This document shows, piece by piece, positions 1 through 8,863 of a stretch of DNA of 25,159 bases. The stretch comes from a virus (taxonomy: Duplodnaviria > Caudoviricetes). A model generated the notes under the pieces. The model saw only the letters and a program-made list of their open reading frames with translations. It was not told the DNA's origin and made no database searches. Both the position numbers and the translations under genes were made by a program. The stretch is taken from positions 1-25,159 of the IMG/VR virus record IMGVR_UViG_3300005517_000042, one strand, 5' to 3'. Each line of letters starts with the position of its first letter. Position 1 is the stretch's first letter.

Positions 1-1850
1 TGCTCTGCCGCAGCGGCTTCCATCTGTGCGCGTTCTTCGTCGTTCGGCTCAACTGCACCCATGCCGACCAACTGGCGGCGGTAGAACTGGCGAAGATCGC
101 CCAGCCCCTCGCCGTCCATGTTCATCATGGCAGTGGCCAGCAGCACCTTCTGATCTTGCGGGTCAGCAGCCATCTGCAAGAGGCCGGTGATTGCCCGGAC
201 GGTGGCGTCCCGGCGCGATGTGAACGCTGGGCCAACGTCAACGGCCACATCCAGCTTGGCGCGGCTTAGATCGTTCCTAAACCGCTGTTCGCCCGTGTTC
301 TCGTCAATGATCGGCTGCATCAGCTTGACTTGCCCAACGCTGCCGTCCTCATTCAACGACTTCATCGCCCGGTCATCATCAACGTAAATGTCCTGGGCCA
401 TCGCCAGCCATATCTCGCCGGCACGGCGCATGGCCTTTGCGAAGTTGGACAGGTAGATGAACGCGCTCTGGTCGATCCGGTTCTGGATCATCTCAACGGC
501 CTTGCCGCTGATGTTCGACACCATCTTATCTTGCGCCGGGTTGAAGCCCAGCACCTCGGCCATGTCCTGCTCAGTCAACTGTAGCAGCGCAGCCATTGCA
601 GGCGGCACGGCAGGCGGCTGCGTATAGGCCAGCGGGCCAGCGGGCTGCACTTGGCCATTGGCATCGGTGATTGGGTTGACGAGGAGGTAGGGATAATTCT
701 TTACGTTGTCCTCGGCCCACATAAGCTGGTGGCCAGCAACCTGTTCGGGCAGTAGGATCGGCTTCTGCACCGCCGACAGTGCCGCCGTCTCAGCTAGGCG
801 ACTGATCTGCATATTCTTGAGGCGCTGCGGGTCTTTCGCCAATCGCACCACGCCCATGCAGCGTTCCACGTTGTCGATGAACCAACGCTTGCCATAGACC
901 GGCACGACCGGAATGTGCTTGCCAGCAATGTAACCGGCATCCTCCAGCACCCGGCCACCGGACATGATGTATTTGCGTACCTTGCGGCTGCGCTTTGTCC
1001 ACTCTTTAATGACATTACCGCCTAGCAACTGGGCCATGCGAATCTCATCGTATTCGCGGCCTTCCTCGCCGTCCTCGGCCTCGGCCACGTCCTCGGCTTC
1101 GAAGTCCATCGTCTTACCGTCTGGCATCTCGTAGCGCATCATTGGCGTGCGCTCGTCCTCCACGCGGTAATATTCCGCCACGTAAACCACATCCGGCGTG
1201 GCCCAATCAAACTCAATCGTGTCGTTGTTCTTGGGCCAGCTTGCCGGATCATCGCCCCACTTGGCCATATATCCGTTGCGCGTTACGCTATACAGCACCC
1301 AGCACTGCGTGGCGTCGGATTTGTCCATGCGCTTGGCGTCGAGGTCGAAGTAGACGGACGTGTCAGCGTCGGCAATCATCTCGAAGCGGATGCGCTGGTT
1401 CTCGTTTTCATCGTCATACTCATCTTCGTATTGTGTGCGCAGGCGGAATGCGCCGAAGCCACCGCTGGCGGCTTCCTCGAAGGCGTTATCGCAGGCTTCG
1501 TCGCCATTGCTGTCTGCGTAATCAGCCCGGAACAGGCCGTCGCATGTATCGGCAGTCTCGTCGGCAGCCGCGCCGTCCTTCGGCACAAAGTCCACCATGA
1601 CGCGGTTGTTGCGGTATTCACCGACAACGCGGTTAAGCGCCATCGCAATCTTATTGATCTCCATGCGCGGGCGATTGGCGAAGGCGTCTTCGTATTGCCC
1701 TTCCCACATTGCGCCTGGAATGCTGGCAAAGCGCCGATCAGTGATGCACTGCTTGCGCTCATCTTGAAGCGCCGCCTGCGCACGATTGAACTCGGACAAC
1801 GCTTCAGCGTGGATGGTCGCCAGTCGTTCGGCTTTTGATACTCGCGCCAT
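1..1850 (-). CDS. P22-like portal protein (3' end runs off the window)
   Basis: Not in the ORF track; translated manually from ATG at 1850: MARVSKAERLATIHAEALSEFNRAQ...WEGQYEDAFANRPRMEINKI...EYRNNRVMVDFVPKDG...HIPVVPVYGKRWFIDNVERCMGVVRLAKDPQRLKNMQIS...DVGPAFTSRRDATV. These motifs resemble P22 gp1, and the gene follows terL directly. Confidence 0.93.
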   Translation of the reverse strand, partial: MARVSKAERLATIHAEALSEFNRAQAALQDERKQCITDRRFASIPGAMWEGQYEDAFANRPRMEINKIAMALNRVVGEYRNNRVMVDFVPKDGAAADETADTCDGLFRADYADSNGDEACDNAFEEAASGGFGAFRLRTQYEDEYDDENENQRIRFEMIADADTSVYFDLDAKRMDKSDATQCWVLYSVTRNGYMAKWGDDPASWPKNNDTIEFDWATPDVVYVAEYYRVEDERTPMMRYEMPDGKTMDFEAEDVAEAEDGEEGREYDEIRMAQLLGGNVIKEWTKRSRKVRKYIMSGGRVLEDAGYIAGKHIPVVPVYGKRWFIDNVERCMGVVRLAKDPQRLKNMQISRLAETAALSAVQKPILLPEQVAGHQLMWAEDNVKNYPYLLVNPITDANGQVQPAGPLAYTQPPAVPPAMAALLQLTEQDMAEVLGFNPAQDKMVSNISGKAVEMIQNRIDQSAFIYLSNFAKAMRRAGEIWLAMAQDIYVDDDRAMKSLNEDGSVGQVKLMQPIIDENTGEQRFRNDLSRAKLDVAVDVGPAFTSRRDATVRAITGLLQMAADPQDQKVLLATAMMNMDGEGLGDLRQFYRRQLVGMGAVEPNDEERAQMEAAAAE

Positions 1851-1891
1851 ATGCCCTCTTTACCGTTCACAACGTGCGGCGGTCAGTTGTA

Positions 1892-3109
1892 TCACCGCGC
1901 GAACGGGCTGGCAACTGGTAGCGGCATAGCATCAAACGGCTTGCGCATCGGAGCGCGGCGCACGGCCTCGCAGGCGTAACGCAGCGCGTCGATCACGTGG
2001 TTGTTCTTATCATCCAGCACCGGCAGGATTCGCCCGGTCAGCGGATCGACCTTGTAGCTGTAGCTGGTCAACTCGTCGATGGTATGCTGGCAGCGCGGAT
2101 GCACCACGATATCGTAACTCTTTAGCCACTCGATGCCTTCGGTGACGCTGTTCTGCCCTTTCACCGCTGACATGATGCGCGGGAAGCCGTGGTTGCGCAG
2201 ATGGCTGATCGTCTCTGGCCGGGCGCTGTCTGCCACGATTGGCCACTTCTCGGCCTCTGGGATGGTTAGGAATAGTTCCGGCGTGTTGACAATCTCGCAG
2301 CCGATCATGAACGCCTCATGGTCAACGTAGACGGTGCGCCCGATGATATGGCAACGCACGAGGACGGTGGGATCAACGGCGAAGCCAAAGTCAGCCCCGA
2401 AGCGATGCACCGCATCAGCCGGCGCTTCGAAGTCCTCCACGCGCCAGTTACGGAACACGCGGGCTTCGCTGTTGGCCACGTAACCGCCAAGCCAGATGTG
2501 CGTATACTTATCCGGGTCGCGCCGCTGATCGTATTCTAACTCGGCGCGGAGAACGTCGGGGAACCAGGGGTTGAGATCATAGTTGACGCGAAGGAAGATG
2601 CTTTTCGGTGGCCTTTCCTCGCCGCAGAACATCACGTCGATTGGGTCGGTCGGGTTCTTGGGGTTCCAGGTAAAGTATATCTGACTGCCCGGTTTGCGGA
2701 TCGTCGGTATCAGGATGTCAAGGCTGGCTTGACTGACCGTCTGCGATTCTTCCACCCAGCAAACGTCGATCCCTTCCATTGATTTGATGCTGTCAATGTT
2801 CGTGCGCACGCCAGCGAACAGGAACAGCGAACCGTTCCGCCCGCGTATCTCCGTCTCGGTTGACACGAAGAAGTCCGACAGCCCGCACCGTTCGATGGTG
2901 TCGTCGAGCAGGCGCTTTACCGAGTCCTTGATCGACTTCTGAATCTCACGGGCGCACAGGATGCGCAGCGGCTTTGCAGCAGCCCGCAGAACGAGGCAGG
3001 CAGCGACAGAATAGCTCTTGCCGCTCCCTCGCCCGCCAACCAGTGCGAAATATCGCGCATCTTCGTCAAACAGGCTTTGGCACCAGTCCGGGAGGTCGAT
3101 GTTAGTCAT
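1892..3109 (-). CDS. terL: Terminase large subunit (PBSX/Terminase_3 type)
   Basis: Walker A GGRGSGKS, CAREIQKSIKDS, Walker B CWVEE, TWNP coupling motif, nuclease motifs GADFG and NNHVIDALRYA. Confidence 0.95.
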   Translation of the reverse strand: MTNIDLPDWCQSLFDEDARYFALVGGRGSGKSYSVAACLVLRAAAKPLRILCAREIQKSIKDSVKRLLDDTIERCGLSDFFVSTETEIRGRNGSLFLFAGVRTNIDSIKSMEGIDVCWVEESQTVSQASLDILIPTIRKPGSQIYFTWNPKNPTDPIDVMFCGEERPPKSIFLRVNYDLNPWFPDVLRAELEYDQRRDPDKYTHIWLGGYVANSEARVFRNWRVEDFEAPADAVHRFGADFGFAVDPTVLVRCHIIGRTVYVDHEAFMIGCEIVNTPELFLTIPEAEKWPIVADSARPETISHLRNHGFPRIMSAVKGQNSVTEGIEWLKSYDIVVHPRCQHTIDELTSYSYKVDPLTGRILPVLDDKNNHVIDALRYACEAVRRAPMRKPFDAMPLPVASPFAR

Positions 3110-3401
3110 GTGTAGACTTGATAAACCGCACTTCGATGGCCGTCATCAACGGATTGTCCCTATCGCCCTGGACTTGCATCGGCAGCACTTTGCCCACCAG
3201 CGTCATGAACGGGCCTGGGTTCTCTTCAGCCTGTGCCGCCAAGTAATCAACGCCGCCGGCCTTGTCCAAGGCGGCTAGGATCATATCCTTGATGGCCGTC
3301 GTGTTCTTGTTCAACACGCCTTTTGGCCGTCCTTTGCCGGCCTGCGCCATGAACGCAGGAGTAATCCGCTTATCGACCGTTTTTTTCGGAGCGTCAGTCA
3401 T
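3102..3401 (-). CDS. terS: Terminase small subunit (putative)
   Basis: 99 aa with GKGRPKGVLNK motif; overlaps the terL start. ATG at 3401 has a GGAG RBS and an ATGA overlap with the upstream gene. Confidence 0.75.
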   Translation of the reverse strand: MTDAPKKTVDKRITPAFMAQAGKGRPKGVLNKNTTAIKDMILAALDKAGGVDYLAAQAEENPGPFMTLVGKVLPMQVQGDRDNPLMTAIEVRFIKSTHD

Positions 3402-3592
3402 ACGGCAACTCCATACCATTTCTCAACCATCAATTCCAGTGCCACGCTTGCCGGGCCTGTGATGCTCTGCTGGCCGCTTTCCCAGCGCCGGACGGTGCGC
3501 CGTCCCTCACTGCCCATGCGCAAGACTGCGGCAAGGTCAGCTTGCGTCATGCCGAGGGACTGGCGATGGGATCGGACTTGTTCGGGGGTCAT
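3398..3592 (-). CDS. XRE-family HTH transcriptional regulator
   Basis: MTPEQVRSHRQSLGMTQADLAAVL...TVRRWESG...ITGPASVALELM, a classic HTH_3 pattern; AAGGAA RBS. Confidence 0.85.
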   Translation of the reverse strand: MTPEQVRSHRQSLGMTQADLAAVLRMGSEGRRTVRRWESGQQSITGPASVALELMVEKWYGVAV

Positions 3593-3629
3593 TTGGTTTG
3601 TTCCTTGTGCGTAGTGGTTAGATGATTGC

Positions 3630-4565
3630 TCACCAGCCCCACCGCTCTGCGCAGATGGGGCCGATGCCACGAGACACGCTCTCAGCGTTGGTCAGTTCGC
3701 GCCCGCAGCAAGAGCATTGGCCGTACTTGTGGCCGTGGGCGCTTGCGGCAGCAGCAGGATCGGCGGCAACGTTGGCGACAATCTCGCTGTCGGCTGGGGT
3801 GCAGTCGCGAGAGGTGATGAACTTGTCATCCTGCGTGATCTTGCCGAGGTAGACGTTGTCGGTGGCGCGCACAACGTAAATGGCACCCGCGTTGCGACCG
3901 GTGGCCGGGGCCAGGGAGAACTCGATCAAGGCGATACGCAGCTTTGGGCGCTTCAAGTGCTGCACGGCGCTGTCGAAGCCGGCGCGGATTTTGGTCATCG
4001 TCAGGGTGGCTGCGCCTTCCTCACGGGCGGCTTTTTCAGAGGCCCACTGCGCCTTGCGCGCTGCGCTCTTGGCGGCGGCGTTGCGAACGGCAGCTTCCTG
4101 ACGCTCAGTCAGGTGGCCATACTTGACCAGAGCGGCCAGCATGTCGGCGTGGAAGGTAAAGTTGCCGGTGACCGGCTGGCGCATCCAAGCGGCTTCGACC
4201 GGGTTGGCTTCAAGCCACTCAGCGGCCTGATCAGCGGCGCTGGCAGCAACCTTGGCCTTGCGGGCATCGGCAGCGTCACGGGCCTTGGCGCGGTCGTCGC
4301 TGCTGGTCTTGAAAAAGCGAGTGCCGTTGCCCTTGCACTTGAAGCAGTTCCCAACGATGCGGCCAGTGTAGCTGCGGAACACACCGCTGCCACGGCAGTC
4401 AGGGCATGTTTCTTCGAAGCGGCGCGTGTTGGCTATCTGGGCGTCGGCCAGCACAGTGTCAACGGCGACGGGCGCGGCCACGGCAACCGGGGCGGTAAGG
4501 CCAAATACGTCGAAGACCTGGTCGTTGAGGTCGTCGTGGGCGGGGTTATTGCAAGTCTGGCACAT
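3630..4565 (-). CDS. Zinc-finger protein: DnaJ-like CxxCxGxG repeats plus C-terminal DUF6011-like domain
   Basis: CPDCRGSG and CFKCKGNG repeats; C-terminus CSCCGRELTNAESVSRGIGPICA; strong coding-like codon usage. Confidence 0.8.
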   Translation of the reverse strand: MCQTCNNPAHDDLNDQVFDVFGLTAPVAVAAPVAVDTVLADAQIANTRRFEETCPDCRGSGVFRSYTGRIVGNCFKCKGNGTRFFKTSSDDRAKARDAADARKAKVAASAADQAAEWLEANPVEAAWMRQPVTGNFTFHADMLAALVKYGHLTERQEAAVRNAAAKSAARKAQWASEKAAREEGAATLTMTKIRAGFDSAVQHLKRPKLRIALIEFSLAPATGRNAGAIYVVRATDNVYLGKITQDDKFITSRDCTPADSEIVANVAADPAAAASAHGHKYGQCSCCGRELTNAESVSRGIGPICAERWGW

Positions 4566-4634
4566 GGTAGTTTCCCTTTCGGTGGGGCATGGCCCCGGTT
4601 GGGTGAGGCGGCGCGCTGGCCGCCCCGGTGCTAA

Positions 4635-4799
4635 TTAGGCAGGCACTGCGCCGATGTATTCGGCGTCAATGTTTGCGCCTGCGTGGCGGGTGTATGTCAG
4701 GCCGACCACCTCTTTGGCGCGGCGCGCGGTGCGGTATGACTGCAGAAACGCCTTGCCGGTGTCGCGGCTGGTAAAGCGAACTTGATAAACCTTGCTCAT
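4635..4799 (-). CDS. Small hypothetical protein (54 aa)
   Basis: MSKVYQVRFTSRDTGKAF..., preceded by a strong RBS (GGAGAAGGAG). Confidence 0.65.
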   Translation of the reverse strand: MSKVYQVRFTSRDTGKAFLQSYRTARRAKEVVGLTYTRHAGANIDAEYIGAVPA

Positions 4800-4829
4800 T
4801 GGTCGTCTCCTTCTCCCTGTTGATGCCCC

Positions 4830-4869
4830 CTCATGGGGCAATTTCTCCCACCATGCAAGCGTAAAAATG
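4830..4869 (-). promoter_or_regulatory. Putative leftward promoter (TTGCAT-N17-CATGAG) with upstream T-tract
   Basis: Minus strand reads CATTTTTACGCTTGCAT-N17-CATGAG upstream of the 4799 start; related motifs occur at 7241 and 15064-15112. Confidence 0.45.
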
Positions 4870-4916
4870 TGCCGCGCAAAAATATTTTGCTGTAGCCTAG
4901 AACCGCCCCGCACCGC

Positions 4917-5036
4917 TTGGCCCCTTGGCCCCTATTCCTTAAGGAATATAGGGGCCGGGAGGGGCCGGAAAAGCGGCTTTTTGCCCCCTTGGCCCCTATT
5001 TCCCCTAGGGGCCAGTTAGGGGCCGGTAGGGGCCAG
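4917..5036. repeat. Iteron-like AGGGGCC/GGCCCCT repeat cluster, candidate replication origin
   Basis: GGCCCC at 4919, 4927, 4991 and GGGGCC at 4951, 4961, 5008, 5019, 5029, arranged around the perfect palindrome TATTCCTTAAGGAATA, at the 3' end of the primase-helicase gene. Confidence 0.65.
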
Positions 5037-7043
5037 CTTTGCAGCATTCAATGGGGATGCATGAGCGTCGGAAATGATCCGATAACCCTCGCCGTGCCGC
5101 TCCATGATGCCGGAGTGGATCAGGATCGCCGTTAGGCTTTCAGGCCGGCTGGGATCAATCCGGTTGCGCAGAGTCCGCACGGCCTTGTCGGGCGAGTTCT
5201 TTTCCAGATACGCCAGCCATGCGCTGCGGCTGATGTAGGGAAGCCCATCGGGGTTTTCTGCGCCGCTATCCCACCAGGCCGCCTCGAACGCCTTAAACGC
5301 CTTCTTCTCTGGCCCGTCCTTCGCAGGCTCCCTAGGCGCTTCTGCAGCCATCAGCACTGCGCTGGTCACCTGTTCGCCGTCCTCGTCGAGCCAGCCCTTG
5401 ATCGGGACAGATTCCAGCGTCACGTAAACCGGCTGGGCTTCCTCGGCATCCTTGCTCTTGCGCTGCACAATCTGCATTGGCGCATCGCCCTTTCCGGGAA
5501 TCACGCTTATCTCGATCTCAAGCGCCCCCTTCCAGGCCGATGATCCACGCGCCCGGTGCTGGGCCTCGTCGGACACGCCGGTATGGTGGACGAGGCAGAC
5601 GGAGCAGTTGAACTCCCGCATCAGCCCAGCGCAGGCGTCGATCATGGTCTTTGCATCCTGTGCGCTGTTCTCGTCGCCAGACAAGAAGCGGTGCAGCGTA
5701 TCCACGTTGATAAGACTGGGCGGGCGAGGCAGCGCACGGATGGCCTGCACAGCCTTCTGGTAGCCTTCTGCCGTATTCAGATCACACCCGGCGCGGCTTA
5801 CCCACATGTCCAGCTTGCCAGCCCGGTTGTGCTGCTTCCAAGCGGCCACGCGGGATCGCAGGCCGTGATGGCCTTCGCCGGCTAAGTAGACCACCGCCCC
5901 TGGCTTCACCTTATGCCCGTGCCAATCGGGCAGGCCCGCTGCAATGTGTAGAGACCAGTCGAGAACGGCAAAGGTCTTACCGCCGCCCGATGGCCCGTGA
6001 ACCATTATCAGTGCCTCCTCTTGCAGCCAGTGCTTCACCAGCCACCGGATCGGCGCAGGCTCAGTGCAGAAGTCATCTGCCGGCACCAGCCAATCGGATG
6101 TGGGTGGCGTGAGCAGTTCCCGAAGGTTGCCCCCAGCCGCCCGGTAATCGTTGGCATCGCCTTCTGCTGGCGGCATGACTACGCGGCCACCATGCTTTGC
6201 AACAGCCTGCGTGGCATATGCTGCGCCAACGCCCGACTTGTCATTGTCGGCCACGATGACAATCTCTTGCGTTGTCCCATAACGGGCGCGCAAGGTTCCC
6301 ATGATCGGAACGATGTTCGATGCGCTGTAACTGATAATGCACGGCCTGCCGGTGACTTCGTGGATCGTCGCGGCAGTGGCGAAGCCCTCGGCAACGTAGA
6401 GGATGCCAGGCTCATCCATCGTTCCCAGCATCCAGGAACAACTGCCAGTCTGCCCACCAGCATGGTAGAGCTTGCCGCCCTCCGGGTCGATGTATTGCAG
6501 CGAGGCCAGTTTCCCTTCTGGCGTGTAGAGCGGCACCATTAGCCGGCCATCGCCTGTCACGCGCGAACCATGCACAGCAATGCCTTTGCGGGCGAGGTAG
6601 GGATGCTCCGGGTTGGCAGGCGTTCCTTGCGACCAGATGAGGTCGGTGGTGTCGGCCACCACGTCACGTTGAATGCGCAGCGCCTCATCACGGGCAGCCT
6701 GCGCTTCCCGCATCCGGCGCGCGTGCGCCATCTCCTCTGGGACAGTCAGCGTGCGGCCAACGTCAGCCCGCCACGTCATCTCAATGCCAGCACGCCAGCA
6801 ACCAAACTTGCCAGCCGGAACGCCATCACCGTAAGCCACCACCCAGCCGGTCTTGTCACCGTGGCCTGGCGTGCCTTTCGTTCCCGACCGGAAGCGATGC
6901 AACTTGCCATCCAACTGGATGCTCTGCGGTGGCGTAATCCCAGCCGCACGCATTGCATCGGCAAGTTGAAGTTCTGGCGGGTCTACACGCGGTGCGGCTG
7001 GTGGTGACCACGGGCCACCGAGGATGTTCGTCAAGTCAACCAT
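5016..7043 (-). CDS. Primase-helicase fusion (Toprim primase + RepA/AAA_25 helicase)
   Basis: Toprim motifs YVAEGFATA, IVADND, GDAND; helicase motifs HGPSGGGKT, YLAGEG, INVDTL, LVHHTG, RARGSSAW. Confidence 0.92.
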   Translation of the reverse strand: MVDLTNILGGPWSPPAAPRVDPPELQLADAMRAAGITPPQSIQLDGKLHRFRSGTKGTPGHGDKTGWVVAYGDGVPAGKFGCWRAGIEMTWRADVGRTLTVPEEMAHARRMREAQAARDEALRIQRDVVADTTDLIWSQGTPANPEHPYLARKGIAVHGSRVTGDGRLMVPLYTPEGKLASLQYIDPEGGKLYHAGGQTGSCSWMLGTMDEPGILYVAEGFATAATIHEVTGRPCIISYSASNIVPIMGTLRARYGTTQEIVIVADNDKSGVGAAYATQAVAKHGGRVVMPPAEGDANDYRAAGGNLRELLTPPTSDWLVPADDFCTEPAPIRWLVKHWLQEEALIMVHGPSGGGKTFAVLDWSLHIAAGLPDWHGHKVKPGAVVYLAGEGHHGLRSRVAAWKQHNRAGKLDMWVSRAGCDLNTAEGYQKAVQAIRALPRPPSLINVDTLHRFLSGDENSAQDAKTMIDACAGLMREFNCSVCLVHHTGVSDEAQHRARGSSAWKGALEIEISVIPGKGDAPMQIVQRKSKDAEEAQPVYVTLESVPIKGWLDEDGEQVTSAVLMAAEAPREPAKDGPEKKAFKAFEAAWWDSGAENPDGLPYISRSAWLAYLEKNSPDKAVRTLRNRIDPSRPESLTAILIHSGIMERHGEGYRIISDAHASPLNAAKLAPTGP

Positions 7044-7215
7044 CGACCGAAATCCCACTCAGATAATCCGACAAAGCCTGCGCCACATCATAACGCGGTG
7101 CGCGTCGGCCTTCGCGGATGGCGCTGATCGTCGTAGGATGCACGCCCACTGCGGCTGCAACTTTGCCAGGCTGCCGATCCTGCAAAGCCTTCCGAATTTC
7201 ATCGAGTGTTAGCAT
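7036..7215 (-). CDS. Cro-like HTH regulator (59 aa)
   Basis: Not in the ORF track; manual translation MLTLDEIRKALQDRQPGKVAAAVGVHPTTISAIREGRRAPRYDVAQALSDYLSGISVDG. Has a GGAGGG RBS and overlaps the primase start. Confidence 0.85.
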   Translation of the reverse strand: MLTLDEIRKALQDRQPGKVAAAVGVHPTTISAIREGRRAPRYDVAQALSDYLSGISVDG

Positions 7216-7249
7216 TTCTTATCCCTCCGTGCGGTTGTTGCATTTTTAC

Positions 7250-7280
7250 GCTTTACATCCGCACATCCGGCCTGTAAAGC
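7250..7280. promoter_or_regulatory. Symmetric divergent promoter/operator GCTTTACA-N15-TGTAAAGC
   Basis: Perfect 8-bp inverted repeat between divergent operons; reads TTTACA-N17-TAAAGC on both strands. Confidence 0.6.
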
Positions 7281-7330
7281 CCGATCACACGCCAACCGGA
7301 TCAACCGACCGGCGTGCAACGGAGGGCCAC

Positions 7331-8002
7331 ATGGCTATTAATCTAAAGCGCACAGGCGGGCTTGCCGCCGATGGCGTAAAAATGATTGTCTACGGAATGG
7401 CAGGCGCTGGCAAGACCAGCCTCATTCCCACACTGCCGAATCCGATTGCGCTGTCTGCCGAAGGCGGGCTGTTGTCGATCAAGGACGCGGACATTCCCTA
7501 CATCGAGATCAGCAGCATTGCTGACCTTCACGATGCGTATGCGTTCCTTGCCAGCAGTGAGGAGGCCAAAGGCTTTCAATCGGTGGCGTTGGATTCCATC
7601 TCAGAAGTTGCCGAGGTGGTGCTGACTGCAGAGTTGAAGGCCAACAAGGATGGCCGCGCCGCTTACGGCGAACTCAATACGAAGATGACGGAGTTGATAC
7701 GCGCCTTCCGCGACCTTCCTGGCAAGCACGTCTACATGAGTGCCAAGCTGGAAAAGTCTCAGGACGAGATGGGCAAGCTGCTGTTCAACCCAGCGATGCC
7801 GGGTAAGTCACTGACGCAGGGGCTGCCCTACTTTACCGACCTCGTGCTTGCCCTGCGGGTCGAGCGTGATGCCGATGGCAATTCACAGCGTGCGCTGATG
7901 TGCAACTCAGACGGTGTGTGGCAGGCCAAGGATCGCTCTGGGAAACTGGATCAATGGGAAACGCCAGACCTTGGCGCACTGATTGGGAAGATTGGACAAT
8001 GA
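7331..8002 (+). CDS. AAA_24 P-loop ATPase (Sak4-like recombinase)
   Basis: YGMAGAGKTS, SAEGGLLS, VALDSISE, AKDRSGKL; GGAGGG RBS before ATG 7331; lies near an SSB and a nuclease. Confidence 0.88.
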   Translation: MAINLKRTGGLAADGVKMIVYGMAGAGKTSLIPTLPNPIALSAEGGLLSIKDADIPYIEISSIADLHDAYAFLASSEEAKGFQSVALDSISEVAEVVLTAELKANKDGRAAYGELNTKMTELIRAFRDLPGKHVYMSAKLEKSQDEMGKLLFNPAMPGKSLTQGLPYFTDLVLALRVERDADGNSQRALMCNSDGVWQAKDRSGKLDQWETPDLGALIGKIGQ

Positions 8003-8373
8003 ACAGCATCTACCAACAATGGATAATCTCCAAGGGCATCGAGGCCGCAGCCATCAAGGCCAGGCGTGACATTGAGGACGAACTGGTCGCAGAACTTTCT
8101 GTCCCGGCCAACCTCGATGGCACCATGAAACGTGACGTTCCGGGTTACACCGTAAAGGTGGAGGGCCGGATCAATCGCAAGGTTGACGCTGAGAAACTGC
8201 AAGCGATTGCAGCCGAGGCAGGGTTGACCGAACATCTTTCCAGCCTTTTCCGCTGGAAGCCGGAGATCGCCATGTCGGCGTGGAAGGCAGCATCTCCCAA
8301 CATCACCACGCCACTTCTCGACGCAATTACGGCGACACCGGGTCGCCCATCTTTCACCATTACGGAGGCTTGA
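7999..8373 (+). CDS. Conserved phage hypothetical protein in the recombination module
   Basis: ATGA overlap with the ATPase; translation MNSIYQQW...RKVD...LFRWKPEI...PGRPSFTI. Confidence 0.75.
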   Translation: MNSIYQQWIISKGIEAAAIKARRDIEDELVAELSVPANLDGTMKRDVPGYTVKVEGRINRKVDAEKLQAIAAEAGLTEHLSSLFRWKPEIAMSAWKAASPNITTPLLDAITATPGRPSFTITEA

Positions 8374-8376
8374 ACA

Positions 8377-8862
8377 ATGGCATTTCTCGGAGAAACAATT
8401 GAAGCTGGATCGCTGCCGGAAGGCCGCTCTTACGATCTGATCCCTGATGGCTGGTATAACGCCACCATCACCAAGGCCGACGTGGGACAGACCAAGAGCG
8501 GCACTGGCACGAAGATTGACATTCGCTACGACATTACCGGGCCGACGCATGAAGGCCGGGTGATCTACGCCAGCGTCAACATCCGCAACCAGTCCACCAA
8601 GGCCGAGGAAATTGGCCGGCAGCAATTGGGCGAAATCATGCGGGCGGTGGGCCTTGCGCGCCTGGAGGACAGCGACCAGCTTATCGGTGGCCGAGTGTCG
8701 ATCAAGATCAAGATCAAGCAGCCGACCGATAACGATAAGGCCAACGGCTACACCGAGGCCAAGAACGAGGTGGGCGGCTGGAAGTCCACGGGTGGAAGTG
8801 CGCCTGTCATGCCATCTGCGCCTCCGGCTGCCGCAACCGCCAAGCCGCCTTGGGCTAAGTAA
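8377..8862 (+). CDS. DUF669-like single-stranded DNA-binding protein
   Basis: YDLIPDGWYNATITKAD...KAEEIGRQQLGEIMRAVG, with an Ala/Pro-rich tail ending PPWAK; GGAGG RBS. Confidence 0.8.
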   Translation: MAFLGETIEAGSLPEGRSYDLIPDGWYNATITKADVGQTKSGTGTKIDIRYDITGPTHEGRVIYASVNIRNQSTKAEEIGRQQLGEIMRAVGLARLEDSDQLIGGRVSIKIKIKQPTDNDKANGYTEAKNEVGGWKSTGGSAPVMPSAPPAAATAKPPWAK

Positions 8863-8863
8863 C

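Noticed and set aside
187-1870. Multiple short ORFs in the track
   Set aside because: All overlap the portal frame, which the track missed because it has no stop within the window.
3717-4634. 305-aa plus-strand ORF
   Set aside because: Antisense shadow of the Zn-finger gene, expected from GC-rich codon bias; no motifs or RBS.
4917-5036. Repeats as a CRISPR array or simple terminator
   Set aside because: Units are 7 bp, occur in both orientations, and have no spacers or U-tract.
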